NCBI RefSeq assembly: GCF_003018235.1
Contig: NZ_CP027437.1
DNA from: Escherichia coli
Lineage (GTDB): Bacteria > Pseudomonadota > Gammaproteobacteria > Enterobacterales > Enterobacteriaceae
Length of the DNA stretch: 64,000 nucleotides
Strand: one strand, 5' to 3'
Within the stretch, counting starts at the first letter, position 1. Each line of letters starts with the position of its first letter. Shown here piece by piece: positions 38,476-49,044 of the stretch. A program made the position numbers and the translations under genes. The notes under the pieces were generated by a model, which saw nothing but the letters and a program-made list of their open reading frames with translations, did not search any database and was not told where the DNA came from.

Positions 38476-39525
38476 ATGAAAATCAGTCGGGAAACACTCC
38501 ACCAGCTAATCGAGAATAAACTCTGCCAGGCTGGGTTAAAACGTGAGCACGCTGCAACCGTGGCTGAAGTATTGGTTTACGCCGATGCCAGAGGGATCCA
38601 CTCTCATGGCGCGGTGCGCGTGGAATACTACGCGGAACGCATTTCAAAAGGCGGCACCAACCGCGAACCGGAGTTTCGTCTTGAGGAAACCGGGCCGTGT
38701 TCGGCAATTTTACATGCCGACAATGCTGCCGGACAGGTCGCGGCGAAAATGGGTATGGAACATGCCATCAAAACCGCCCAGCAAAAAGGCGTTGCGGTGG
38801 TCGGTATCAGCCGGATGGGTCACAGCGGCGCAATCTCTTATTTTGTACAGCAGGCAGCTCGCGCCGGGTTAATTGGCATTTCGATGTGCCAGTCCGATCC
38901 AATGGTGGTGCCGTTTGGCGGCGCGGAAATTTACTACGGTACTAACCCACTGGCCTTTGCCGCGCCGGGAGAGGGCGACGAGATCCTTACCTTTGATATG
39001 GCGACTACCGTACAGGCATGGGGAAAAGTGCTCGACGCCCGCTCGCGTAATATGTCTATCCCGGATACCTGGGCGGTCGATAAAAACGGTGCACCAACAA
39101 CCGATCCATTTGCAGTTAACGCCCTGCTCCCTGCCGCCGGACCGAAAGGGTATGGCCTGATGATGATGATTGACGTCCTCTCAGGCGTCTTACTCGGCTT
39201 ACCGTTCGGGCGACAGGTTAGTTCGATGTATGACGATTTACACGCCGGGCGTAATTTGGGGCAATTACATATCGTTATTAACCCGAACTTTTTCTCCTCC
39301 AGCGAATTATTCCGTCAACATCTTAGCCAGACCATGCGCGAATTAAATGCCATTACCCCCGCGCCCGGTTTTAATCAGGTTTATTATCCCGGACAGGATC
39401 AGGATATTAAACAACGCAAAGCCGCCGTCGAAGGCATCGAAATTGTTGATGATATTTACCAGTATTTAATTTCCGACGCGCTTTATAACACGTCATACGA
39501 AACGAAAAATCCCTTTGCGCAATAA
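38476..39525 (+). CDS. allD: Ureidoglycolate dehydrogenase
   Basis: 349 aa, MKISRETLHQLIENKLCQAGLKREHAATVAEVLVYADARGIHSHG. Confidence 0.95.
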   Translation: MKISRETLHQLIENKLCQAGLKREHAATVAEVLVYADARGIHSHGAVRVEYYAERISKGGTNREPEFRLEETGPCSAILHADNAAGQVAAKMGMEHAIKTAQQKGVAVVGISRMGHSGAISYFVQQAARAGLIGISMCQSDPMVVPFGGAEIYYGTNPLAFAAPGEGDEILTFDMATTVQAWGKVLDARSRNMSIPDTWAVDKNGAPTTDPFAVNALLPAAGPKGYGLMMMIDVLSGVLLGLPFGRQVSSMYDDLHAGRNLGQLHIVINPNFFSSSELFRQHLSQTMRELNAITPAPGFNQVYYPGQDQDIKQRKAAVEGIEIVDDIYQYLISDALYNTSYETKNPFAQ

Positions 39526-39546
39526 TTATTGAGACAGGACTTTCTT

Positions 39547-40782
39547 ATGATTACACATTTCCGTCAAGCCATAGAAGAAACGCTGCCCTGGCTTTCCTCT
39601 TTTGGCGCTGACCCAACGGGTGGGATGACCCGTTTACTTTATTCGCCGGAATGGCTGGAAACCCAGCAGCAATTTAAAAAAAGAATGGCAGCAAGCGGGC
39701 TGGAAACACGTTTCGATGAAGTGGGGAATTTATACGGTCGCCTGAGTGGCACCGAATATCCACAGGAAGTGGTTCTGAGCGGTTCGCATATCGATACCGT
39801 GGTTAACGGCGGTAACCTCGACGGGCAATTCGGCGCGCTGGCGGCGTGGCTGGCAATTGACTGGTTGAAAACGCAATACGGCGCGCCGTTACGTACGGTC
39901 GAAGTGGTGGCGATGGCAGAAGAAGAAGGCAGCCGCTTCCCGTATGTCTTCTGGGGCAGTAAAAATATCTTTGGGCTGGCGAATCCTGACGACGTGCGGA
40001 ATATCTGTGATGCCAAAGGAAATAGTTTTGTCGATGCGATGAAGGCTTGCGGATTTACTCTGCCGAACGCCCCACTAACTCCGCGTCAGGATATTAAAGC
40101 CTTTGTCGAACTGCATATCGAACAGGGCTGTGTGCTGGAAAGTAATGGGCAGTCAATTGGCGTGGTGAATGCAATTGTCGGGCAGCGTCGTTATACGGTG
40201 ACGCTGAATGGCGAATCAAACCATGCAGGCACCACGCCGATGGGTTATCGTCGTGATACGGTTTACGCTTTCAGTCGCATATGCCATCAGTCGATCGAAA
40301 AAGCGAAAAAGATGGGCGACCCGCTGGTGCTGACCTTTGGCAAGGTGGAGCCGCGCCCGAATACGGTGAATGTGGTGCCGGGTAAAACCACGTTCACCAT
40401 TGATTGTCGCCATACCGATGCTGCCGTGCTGCGCGATTTCACCCAACAGTTAGAAAACGACATGCGGGCGATTTGCGATGAAATGGACATTGGTATTGAT
40501 ATCGATTTATGGATGGACGAAGAACCCGTGCCGATGAATAAGGAGCTGGTCGCCACCCTGACAGAATTGTGTGAAAGTGAAAAACTGAATTACCGGGTGA
40601 TGCACAGTGGTGCCGGGCACGACGCACAAATTTTCGCGCCGCGCGTGCCGACCTGCATGATTTTTATCCCCAGCATCAACGGGATCAGCCATAACCCGGC
40701 AGAACGCACCAATATTACCGACCTTGCCGAAGGGGTCAAAACGTTGGCACTCATGCTTTATCAACTTGCCTGGCAGAAATAA
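39547..40782 (+). CDS. allC: Allantoate amidohydrolase
   Basis: The 411-aa form MITHFRQAIEETLPWLSSFGADP.GGMTRLLYSPEWLETQ. M20 peptidase family. Confidence 0.95.
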   Translation: MITHFRQAIEETLPWLSSFGADPTGGMTRLLYSPEWLETQQQFKKRMAASGLETRFDEVGNLYGRLSGTEYPQEVVLSGSHIDTVVNGGNLDGQFGALAAWLAIDWLKTQYGAPLRTVEVVAMAEEEGSRFPYVFWGSKNIFGLANPDDVRNICDAKGNSFVDAMKACGFTLPNAPLTPRQDIKAFVELHIEQGCVLESNGQSIGVVNAIVGQRRYTVTLNGESNHAGTTPMGYRRDTVYAFSRICHQSIEKAKKMGDPLVLTFGKVEPRPNTVNVVPGKTTFTIDCRHTDAAVLRDFTQQLENDMRAICDEMDIGIDIDLWMDEEPVPMNKELVATLTELCESEKLNYRVMHSGAGHDAQIFAPRVPTCMIFIPSINGISHNPAERTNITDLAEGVKTLALMLYQLAWQK

Positions 40783-40792
40783 GGAGTCATAA

Positions 40793-41578
40793 ATGGGATA
40801 TTTAAATAACGTCACCGGTTACCGCGATGATTTACTGGCTAACCGTGCAATTGTTAAACACGGTAATTTCGCGCTGTTAACCCCGGATGGTCTGGTAAAA
40901 AATATTATTCCTGGCTTTGAAAATTGTGACGCGACAATCCTCTCCACGCCAAAGCTGGGTGCCTCTTTTGTTGATTATCTGGTCACACTGCATCAAAACG
41001 GTGGCAACCAACAGGGCTTCGGGGGTGAAGGAATTGAAACGTTCCTGTATGTGATCTCTGGAAATATCACTGCCAAAGCCGAAGGGAAAACATTTGCCTT
41101 AAGCGAAGGTGGCTATCTTTATTGCCCACCAGGCTCCTTAATGACGTTTGTTAACGCCCAGGCCGAAGACAGCCAAATCTTTTTATATAAGCGCCGCTAT
41201 GTTCCGGTAGAAGGCCATGCACCGTGGCTGGTTTCTGGCAATGCCAGCGAACTGGAACGCATTCATTATGAAGGCATGGACGATGTTATTCTGCTGGATT
41301 TTCTGCCCAAAGAGTTAGGTTTTGATATGAACATGCATATCCTCTCTTTTGCGCCAGGTGCCAGCCACGGTTATATCGAAACACATGTTCAGGAACACGG
41401 TGCCTATATTCTTTCCGGTCAGGGGGTTTATAACCTCGACAATAACTGGATCCCGGTGAAAAAAGGCGATTACATCTTTATGGGCGCTTATTCCTTACAG
41501 GCCGGTTATGGCGTAGGGCGTGGTGAAGCGTTCAGCTATATTTACTCGAAAGATTGCAACCGCGACGTAGAGATTTAA
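40793..41578 (+). CDS. allE: (S)-ureidoglycine aminohydrolase (cupin)
   Basis: 261 aa, MGYLNNVTGYRDDLLANRAIVKHGNFALLTPDGLVKN (ylbA). Confidence 0.9.
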   Translation: MGYLNNVTGYRDDLLANRAIVKHGNFALLTPDGLVKNIIPGFENCDATILSTPKLGASFVDYLVTLHQNGGNQQGFGGEGIETFLYVISGNITAKAEGKTFALSEGGYLYCPPGSLMTFVNAQAEDSQIFLYKRRYVPVEGHAPWLVSGNASELERIHYEGMDDVILLDFLPKELGFDMNMHILSFAPGASHGYIETHVQEHGAYILSGQGVYNLDNNWIPVKKGDYIFMGAYSLQAGYGVGRGEAFSYIYSKDCNRDVEI

Positions 41579-41620
41579 GTCATACCACTCGCCTGATTAT
41601 TTTTAGCTATGTTGGATTTT

Positions 41621-41647
41621 GCCACGGTTTATACCGTGGCTTTTTTT
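41621..41647 (+). terminator. allE terminator
   Basis: GCCACGG-tttata-CCGTGGC followed by TTTTTTT. Confidence 0.75.
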
Positions 41648-41662
41648 GTAGTCAATTCAGGT

Positions 41663-41689
41663 AAAAAAAGATGCGATATAAATCGCATC
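41663..41689 (-). terminator. glxK terminator
   Basis: Minus strand: GATGCGAT-ttat-ATCGCATC followed by TTTTTTT. Confidence 0.7.
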
Positions 41690-41706
41690 CGCTTTAAAGG
41701 TAATAG

Positions 41707-42852
41707 TCAATTTTTAATTCCCTGACCTATTTTAATGGCGCAGGCAATATTTCGTGCGCTGTTGAAGAGATTGGTTTCACCGCTGGCGAGCACTTCGGCT
41801 AAAGGTGCCAGACGTGGCAAAATGCTGAACACCGCGTCAATGCCGTACTGGTGCACCACTTCCACGCCATCACCCAATACGCCAGCAATCCCAATCACCG
41901 GGACATTAAACTGCTTCGCCACCGACGCCACGCCCAGCGGCGCTTTACCACCTGCCGTTTGCGAATCGATGCGCCCTTCCCCGGTGATCACCAGCGCTGC
42001 GCCCTGCACCGCCTGCTCCAGGTTGACCGCCCGCAGTACAATCTCAATACCCGGTTTAATATCCGCATTGAGGAATACCGCCGCCGCAATACCCATCCCG
42101 CCCGCCGCGCCGCCGCCCGCCATCTGGCAGACATTAATTTCAGTTTGCTGTTGTAAAACACGGGCGTAATTTTGCAGCCCCTGCTCCAGCTCTTCGACCA
42201 TTTCCGGCGTTGCCCCTTTTTGCGGGCCAAACACCGCCGCCGCGCCGCGTGCCCCTACCAGCGGGTTATCAACGTCACATGCGACTTCAATATGGCAGTT
42301 CGCCAGACGCGGATCGCATTCCTCCATCTCAATGCTTGCCACGCGCGCTAAATTGCCGCCGTTAGCCGCCAGCACCTGACCGTCGGCATCAAAGAAACGC
42401 ACACCGAGCGCCTGCGCCATGCCCATACCGCCGTCGACCGTCGCGCTACCACCAATGCCGAGAATAATATGGCGAATGCCGTTATCCAGCGCATGGCGAA
42501 TTAACTCCCCCGTACCAAAACTGGAGGCCAGCAACGGATTACGCTTTTCAGGCGCGACCAGCATCAGACCACTTGCTGCCGCCATCTCAATCACCGCTGT
42601 TTTCCCGTCGCCGGTAAGGCCATAAAAAGCATTCACTTTTTCGCCCATCGGCCCGCAGACTTCAAGCGTCACGATGTTGCCGCCCGTCGCGGCGACCATC
42701 GCATCCACCGTCCCTTCGCCGCCATCCGCTATCGGCAAACAGATATAGTTCGCATCGGGAAAGAGGGTCGAAAACCCGGCTTTAATTGCCTGACAACATT
42801 TTTCTGCACTTAAGCTCTCTTTAAAAGAGTCTGGCGCAATGACAATCTTCAT
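41707..42852 (-). CDS. glxK: Glycerate kinase II
   Basis: The 381-aa form [47 protein letters not shown]. Confidence 0.95.
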   Translation of the reverse strand: MKIVIAPDSFKESLSAEKCCQAIKAGFSTLFPDANYICLPIADGGEGTVDAMVAATGGNIVTLEVCGPMGEKVNAFYGLTGDGKTAVIEMAAASGLMLVAPEKRNPLLASSFGTGELIRHALDNGIRHIILGIGGSATVDGGMGMAQALGVRFFDADGQVLAANGGNLARVASIEMEECDPRLANCHIEVACDVDNPLVGARGAAAVFGPQKGATPEMVEELEQGLQNYARVLQQQTEINVCQMAGGGAAGGMGIAAAVFLNADIKPGIEIVLRAVNLEQAVQGAALVITGEGRIDSQTAGGKAPLGVASVAKQFNVPVIGIAGVLGDGVEVVHQYGIDAVFSILPRLAPLAEVLASGETNLFNSARNIACAIKIGQGIKN

Positions 42853-42873
42853 TATCAATCCTTTTTCAACAAA

Positions 42874-44175
42874 TTATTCGATGCGTTCCCACGGAATAAG
42901 ATTATCCATAAGAACAGCCAGTAAAATTCCGACCAGTAAGCCGTTACTGAGCAGAGGACGAAGCGTTAATGGAAGGTCTTGCAGATACACAGGCGGTAAT
43001 GCCATTAAAAATATGCCGACAAATAACGGCAATGCGAGTCGATAAATATTGCGAGCGGTAAACGTGATTTGCTGGCTAAACACCAGCGCGGAAAAGAGTA
43101 AAGGCAGATAAGAAACCAGCATGACCGCGCTACTCACTGGTAAGGGGATACTGCAAAACAGACGCGTGAGTGCCGGAACCAGCGCCACCAGCAGGCAAAT
43201 AACGCTGCCATAAATAAACGAACGCCGCGTGTAATCGCCAGTCTGGGTTAATAAACCAATGGATGAAACAAACGGTGAAAATGGAATTACCGCCAGCGGC
43301 ACGGTTATCAGCGTCATAAATCCGGTCGCCACAAAGCTGCGACGATAACGCGTATTCCCCGCGCCCTGTTGCGGATAAAAAACATCCGTGCCACGAATCG
43401 CACCGTAGGTATTGCTGATATTTACCAGACCTGTAATCACCGCCGTCAGAATAATCCCCGGCGACAAAGCACCGCCACTGCCGAGCGGGAACCACTGCCA
43501 GTGCAACTCACCGGAGAGCGAATGCGAAGAAGGAAAGCAAAAGTACCACAACAACCAGCCGGTTATCGTACCGACCAGCAGGCCATAACGGGCAAAACGT
43601 TGCGGCAGAAAGATAATCATCGCCAGTACCAGGCACATCACCGCCACCGAGAGCGCGAACGGTGGTAACTGAATTTTAAAATTTGGGTCGGCTATGCCAA
43701 ACGGCAGCCCGAGCATACCTTTGAAAAAGATAGTGGTCAGCTGCGCGCCCAGCATCAACATAAACAAGACCATCACCGACGGCGTAAATAACCGCGCCAG
43801 ACGATGACCTAATCCGCTAAAACCAATCAACATCGTCAACACGCCAGAGAGCGCAATCCCCACCGCCAGGCTGGTAGCGATATCGTTGATCGGTGTCCCG
43901 CGCGATGCTTCGCCAAGGGTGATAGTAAGGATGGTTCCCCACCACAGGCCACCCGGCCCTTCCATAATAGCGCGACGATGACCGCAGAACGCCTGAGCGA
44001 AGCAGGCCAGTGCGGTAGCAAGAAAAGCATATTGCGTGAGCGTAAGCAGGCTGCTTTGCGGCAACTGAAAAGCAGAAAGTAGCGTAGGAGGAACCACAAC
44101 AGTGTTGCAAAAAATAAAGAAAAACCACTGAAATCCTGATAACAGGCTTTCGCGGCTGACTGCAAAATTGAACAT
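42874..44175 (-). CDS. ybbY: Putative purine/uracil permease YbbY
   Basis: The 433-aa form MFNFAVSRESLLSGFQWFFFIFCNTVVVPPTLL. Polytopic membrane protein. Confidence 0.85.
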   Translation of the reverse strand: MFNFAVSRESLLSGFQWFFFIFCNTVVVPPTLLSAFQLPQSSLLTLTQYAFLATALACFAQAFCGHRRAIMEGPGGLWWGTILTITLGEASRGTPINDIATSLAVGIALSGVLTMLIGFSGLGHRLARLFTPSVMVLFMLMLGAQLTTIFFKGMLGLPFGIADPNFKIQLPPFALSVAVMCLVLAMIIFLPQRFARYGLLVGTITGWLLWYFCFPSSHSLSGELHWQWFPLGSGGALSPGIILTAVITGLVNISNTYGAIRGTDVFYPQQGAGNTRYRRSFVATGFMTLITVPLAVIPFSPFVSSIGLLTQTGDYTRRSFIYGSVICLLVALVPALTRLFCSIPLPVSSAVMLVSYLPLLFSALVFSQQITFTARNIYRLALPLFVGIFLMALPPVYLQDLPLTLRPLLSNGLLVGILLAVLMDNLIPWERIE

Positions 44176-44231
44176 AAACACACCTTAACCGGAGAATGCC
44201 CGCCGCAAGGACGGGCATTGCAGGGGCCAGA

Positions 44232-45593
44232 TTACTGCTGATGTTTAAGGATAAATTGACCTTTCGGCGCAACAGGGAAGCCCTGTTCAATGTCGTAAAT
44301 CACATCACCACGTAAGATGGTTTTCGTGATACGCGCGCCAATGGTACGGCCAACATACGGGCTGACTTTGTGGCGATATTCCAGATCGTCATTGGTAAGA
44401 ACATAGCTGCTATTCGGCTGAATGAAGACGAAGTCGGCATCTTTTCCTGGGGCGATACGGCCTTTTTGCTGCAGACCGAAAATATCTGCTGCGTTAGTCG
44501 CCATTAATTTGCCGAACATTGGCAGAGACATTCCGCGTTTCTGTACCGCTTCATCGAACATCACGTCCATACAGTTTTGCAGACCGGCAATACCGCCCCA
44601 TGCTTCCATGATGTTGCCGGCTTTCATTTCCGGAGGGCATGGTGAGTGGTCGGAAACCAGGCAGTCGATTTCACCGTTAAATAGTTTTTCCCACATGCCT
44701 TTCTGGTTTTCCAGATCGCGGATCGGCGGAGAACACTTCGCCAGAGTACCGATTTCTTCGAACTGATCGGTATCCAGTACAAAGTAATGCGGGCAGGATT
44801 CACAGGTAACATCCTGACCTTCCTGACGTGCACGAGTCACTTCCTCAACGCCTTCCGGGCTGCTGATATGGCAAACGTGCAGACGGCAACCAGCAACTTT
44901 CGCCAGATACAGCACGCGGCGAATCGCTTCCACTTCGGTAAATACCGGACGCGAAGCCACATAGTCATGTGCGGTTACGCGACCTTCACGTTTCGCTTCT
45001 TCGCCAAGTTCGTCACAGATCAGCGCGTTTTCGCAGTGCACCAGCACCGGCTGTCCCAGTTCGCCCAGCTTCTGCGCACCTTTGAAGAACTGCCAGTCAT
45101 TGACGTCACGGAAGTCGTTGTCGATACCGCGATCGCCACAGGTCGCAACGAAGCATTTGAAGCCGACAACGCCCACTTCATCCAGCTCATGCAGACGGTC
45201 GATGTTGTAAGACACCAGGCCACCGAGTTGTGCCGCATCGATAGTCAGCTTGCCTTTAGCGGCATCGAACTTCAGTTCAATCGATGCGCGGTCAACCGTT
45301 GCAGGCAGCTGGTTGAGCGGCATTTCGATCATGGTGGTGATACCACCTTTTGCCGCTGCGCGAGTACCGGTTTCATAACCTTCCCAGTGGCTACGACCCG
45401 GCTCAGAAATATGGGTGTGCGCATCAACCATGCCTGGAGAAACCACCAGACCAGACGCATCCATAACTTCTTTTGCATCGCCCAGATCCTGACCGATAGC
45501 AGCAATTTTTCCGCCTTTAACGGCGATATCTACAACGCGAGCTTCGTTTTCTAAAATAACGGTGCCGTTTTTAATGATTAAATCAAAAGACAT
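44232..45593 (-). CDS. allB: Allantoinase
   Basis: The 453-aa form [34 protein letters not shown]...[11 protein letters not shown]. Amidohydrolase family. Confidence 0.95.
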   Translation of the reverse strand: MSFDLIIKNGTVILENEARVVDIAVKGGKIAAIGQDLGDAKEVMDASGLVVSPGMVDAHTHISEPGRSHWEGYETGTRAAAKGGITTMIEMPLNQLPATVDRASIELKFDAAKGKLTIDAAQLGGLVSYNIDRLHELDEVGVVGFKCFVATCGDRGIDNDFRDVNDWQFFKGAQKLGELGQPVLVHCENALICDELGEEAKREGRVTAHDYVASRPVFTEVEAIRRVLYLAKVAGCRLHVCHISSPEGVEEVTRARQEGQDVTCESCPHYFVLDTDQFEEIGTLAKCSPPIRDLENQKGMWEKLFNGEIDCLVSDHSPCPPEMKAGNIMEAWGGIAGLQNCMDVMFDEAVQKRGMSLPMFGKLMATNAADIFGLQQKGRIAPGKDADFVFIQPNSSYVLTNDDLEYRHKVSPYVGRTIGARITKTILRGDVIYDIEQGFPVAPKGQFILKHQQ

Positions 45594-45653
45594 AACAAAC
45601 TCCTTGTAAAATACAGATTGGTTTTTTAACTCAATGTTCAATATCGGGATTAA

Positions 45654-47108
45654 TTAACCTGTGACTTTTTGTTCTCCTGTTTTTTCTGCTGTAGTACGTT
45701 TCTTTAATAAGGCGTAGGCCGCAAAGGCGACGATGACGCCGACAAACCATGAAACACGAGATAACGGTTCCATAAAGGGAATAAACTTACCGCCAAGAGA
45801 TAAAATAACGGCCACCAGAGTTACTGAAAACGCAGTGAGGTTAAAACCGTTATCGTAATATTTATAATCGCCAGGTGCGGTGTACAGTTCATCAAGATTA
45901 ATTTGCCCACGCATCACTACAAAATAATGCGCCATCATGACACCAATTACCGGGCCAAGCATTCCGCCGATAATATCGAGGAACAGATAAATACTGTCCT
46001 GATTTTCCATTAATTTCCACGGGCAGATCAGCAGGCTGATAATACTGGCAATCAGTACGCCGTTTTTATAGGTCAGTTTCGTCGGTGCAATAGCGGCAAT
46101 CTGATAACCGGCCGGAATAATATTACCGGTGGCGTTAGTGGAGATAGTTGTCATCAGAATAACCAGTACCGCAAAGAACGAGGCGAACAGGCTGTCCCAA
46201 CGCTGAACAATATCCAGCACGTTCCAGGTATCAGCGCCGTAGTGAATACTGGCTCCGGCAATAATACATACCCCGGCGACCGCAAACAGAATATAGGCCA
46301 CAACTAAACCCAGCGTTTGCCCCAGCGCTTGCTCACGAAACGAGTGGGCGTTTTGCGTAAAGTCGGATGCGCTCACCGCCGGTGCCGCCCAGACCGCAAC
46401 TACCGCGTTAATCACCACCAGGAACAGGAAGCCACTGTTTTCTGCTTTCTGAATACCGCTCGGAATGTAGTCAAAGATTGGACCGAGCCCGACCAGCGAA
46501 ATCGCCCAAATCGCCATACCGCCGAAAACGATATAGATGCACGGGTTAAGAATGGCAGTGAATTTATTTAAAACTTTGCCACCGCCAAAACCTATACCAA
46601 CGTTGACCAGCCAGAAGAGTAAGAAAGTAATTAAGCCCGGTAGAGAAAGGCCTAACAGAGTGAAATCATCACCGAGAGTTAAAAATCCCGGCCAGATTTT
46701 GCCAATCAGGATCAAGCAGGCCAGCGATCCAGCGTAACATTGCAGGCCAAACCACATAATGGCAGCAATCCCGCCTCTTAATAATCCGGGAAACAGTGCA
46801 CCACGTACGCCGTAAGAAGCACGCAGGATCATGGCAAAAGGCACACCGTATTTACTGCCCGCAGCACCGTTTAATACCATTACCGCGGCAATGAAAAAGG
46901 CGCTGAGGATAATTGCCAGCATAATACTAAAGGTAGACAAGCCGAGAATAAAAAAGCCGCCGACCATCACATAATTGGGAACGTTATGAACCGAACCCAT
47001 CCATAAGGTAAAATAGTTAAATGTTTTCCAGGTCCGCTGGCTTTGCGTTTTCGGCAATAGATCTTCGCTATAGCCGCGTTGCTGGAATAGTTTTCTCTGA
47101 TGTTCCAT
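45654..47108 (-). CDS. ybbW: Putative allantoin permease (NCS1 family)
   Basis: 484 aa, MEHQRKLFQQRGYSEDLLPKTQSQRTWKTFNYFTLWMGSVHN. Confidence 0.9.
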   Translation of the reverse strand: MEHQRKLFQQRGYSEDLLPKTQSQRTWKTFNYFTLWMGSVHNVPNYVMVGGFFILGLSTFSIMLAIILSAFFIAAVMVLNGAAGSKYGVPFAMILRASYGVRGALFPGLLRGGIAAIMWFGLQCYAGSLACLILIGKIWPGFLTLGDDFTLLGLSLPGLITFLLFWLVNVGIGFGGGKVLNKFTAILNPCIYIVFGGMAIWAISLVGLGPIFDYIPSGIQKAENSGFLFLVVINAVVAVWAAPAVSASDFTQNAHSFREQALGQTLGLVVAYILFAVAGVCIIAGASIHYGADTWNVLDIVQRWDSLFASFFAVLVILMTTISTNATGNIIPAGYQIAAIAPTKLTYKNGVLIASIISLLICPWKLMENQDSIYLFLDIIGGMLGPVIGVMMAHYFVVMRGQINLDELYTAPGDYKYYDNGFNLTAFSVTLVAVILSLGGKFIPFMEPLSRVSWFVGVIVAFAAYALLKKRTTAEKTGEQKVTG

Positions 47109-47277
47109 AAATCCCTCTTAATTTCACGTATCGAATAACGTCTTTTTAATCTAGCTATGAGGAACAAATAAAATAAAAATATTATTTTTAATACTGAAGC
47201 AACATCTTTGGCTGCTTTCTTTTTTTAATATTGCTGGCCGATTCATTTTCTGATATCGGCCATTTTTATTGCGGGTA

Positions 47278-48156
47278 TCAGGCCAGTTTATGGTTAGCCA
47301 TTAATTCCAGCGCCTGCACTAACGCAGAGTGATCCAACTGGCTGCCACCGTTTGCCGCACAGGTATTAAACAATTCCTGGCAGGTCGCGGTGTTTGGCAG
47401 GTTCAGCGCCAGTGCTTTCGCACTTTGCAGTGCCAGGTTGAGATCTTTCTGGTGCAGCGCAATTTTAAAACCTGGATTAAAGGTGCGTTTAATCATGCGC
47501 TCACCGTGAACTTCCAGAATACGTGAGGAAGCAAAGCCGCCCATCAGCGCCTGGCGCACACGTACCGGATCTGCACCGGCTTTTGAAGCAAACAGCAGGG
47601 CTTCAGAAACCGCTTCAATATTGAGCGCCACGATAATCTGATTTGCCACTTTGCAGGTTTGACCGTCGCCGTTACCGCCCACGAGGGTGATATTTTTACC
47701 GAGCAGTTCAAACAGCGGTTTAACACGTTCAAATACCGCTTCGTCACCGCCAACCATAATCGACAACGTCCCTTCACGCGCGCCGATTTCACCGCCGGAG
47801 ACTGGCGCATCGAGATAATCGCCGCCCAGTTCATTCACCTGACGAGCGAAACGCTTAGTTTCAATCGGGGAAATGGAGCTCATATCAACAATGGTTTTGC
47901 CCTTCAGCGAGGCTTTGGTACAACCATTTTCACCGAACAGAACTTCTTCAACCTGTGGCGTATCCGGCACCATAATAAAAATGATGTCCGATGCTTCCGT
48001 TACCTGGCGCGCAGTTTCAACACTGACGGCACCCAGTGACAGTAATTCATCAGCAACCGGACCAATGGTTGTGACATGCAGTTGATGACCGGCACGCGAC
48101 AGATTAATGGCCATCGGTGTACCCATAATGCCTAAGCCAATAAATCCCAGTTTCAT
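47278..48156 (-). CDS. glxR: Tartronate semialdehyde reductase
   Basis: 292 aa, MKLGFIGLGIMGTPMAINL (Rossmann GxGxxG motif). Confidence 0.95.
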   Translation of the reverse strand: MKLGFIGLGIMGTPMAINLSRAGHQLHVTTIGPVADELLSLGAVSVETARQVTEASDIIFIMVPDTPQVEEVLFGENGCTKASLKGKTIVDMSSISPIETKRFARQVNELGGDYLDAPVSGGEIGAREGTLSIMVGGDEAVFERVKPLFELLGKNITLVGGNGDGQTCKVANQIIVALNIEAVSEALLFASKAGADPVRVRQALMGGFASSRILEVHGERMIKRTFNPGFKIALHQKDLNLALQSAKALALNLPNTATCQELFNTCAANGGSQLDHSALVQALELMANHKLA

Positions 48157-48255
48157 AATTAACCTCTTTTAAATTTCGCTTTTCCTGAATTCAGACAACA
48201 CGATCCCCTGCCAACTTAGCGGCCTAAAAAAGCATTGTCTGAATAGCGTTACGTT

Positions 48256-49032
48256 TTAACGGTACGGATCCATCCAGCGTAAACCGGCTTCCGTGGTGGT
48301 TTGGGGTTTATATTCACACCCAACCCAACCGTTGTAGTCAGAATTTTCGATTACCTTAAAGAGATAATCATAATTAATTTCTCCGGTTCCCGGTTCGCCG
48401 CGATGCGGATTATCAGCAATTTGCAGGTGACCAATTTTATCGGCCCACTGAGTCATGGTATTAGTTAATTCACCTTCCATCCGCTGCATGTGATAAATGT
48501 CATACTGAATTTTCAAATTGCAGCAACCAACATCGTCAATCAGTTTCAGTGCCTGCCGAGTTCCGGTGAGATGGAAACCAGGAATATCAAAATGGTTAAT
48601 AGGTTCAATCAGTAATAAAATATCTTCTTTCATCAGCATATTCGCGGCATAACGCAGGTTTTCTACAAGCGTTGTGTGAATCTGTTCACTGCTGAAACCA
48701 GCCGGCGTTTTACCGACCAGACAGTTAATTTTTTTATTACCCAGCGCACGAGCATAACGAATCGCTGCTGCTACGCCATCCCGAAACTCTTCTTCACGAC
48801 CAGGAATACAAGCAATACCCCGCTCGCCCGCCGCCCAGTCACCTGCCGGTAAATTGTGCAACGTATGTTCGAGTTTATTACTCGCCAGCACCTGTTTTAA
48901 TTCTTCAATGTCATAGTCATAAGGGAACATAAATTCAACGCCGCGAAAACCACACTGCGCAGCTTTCTCAAAACGGGCGAGAAAATCATATTCACCAAAT
49001 AACATCGATAAATTAGCAGAGAAACGTAACAT
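48256..49032 (-). CDS. hyi: Hydroxypyruvate isomerase
   Basis: 258 aa, MLRFSANLSMLFGEYDFLARFEKAAQCGFRGVEFMFPYDYD. Confidence 0.95.
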   Translation of the reverse strand: MLRFSANLSMLFGEYDFLARFEKAAQCGFRGVEFMFPYDYDIEELKQVLASNKLEHTLHNLPAGDWAAGERGIACIPGREEEFRDGVAAAIRYARALGNKKINCLVGKTPAGFSSEQIHTTLVENLRYAANMLMKEDILLLIEPINHFDIPGFHLTGTRQALKLIDDVGCCNLKIQYDIYHMQRMEGELTNTMTQWADKIGHLQIADNPHRGEPGTGEINYDYLFKVIENSDYNGWVGCEYKPQTTTEAGLRWMDPYR

Positions 49033-49044
49033 TATTTATCTCCC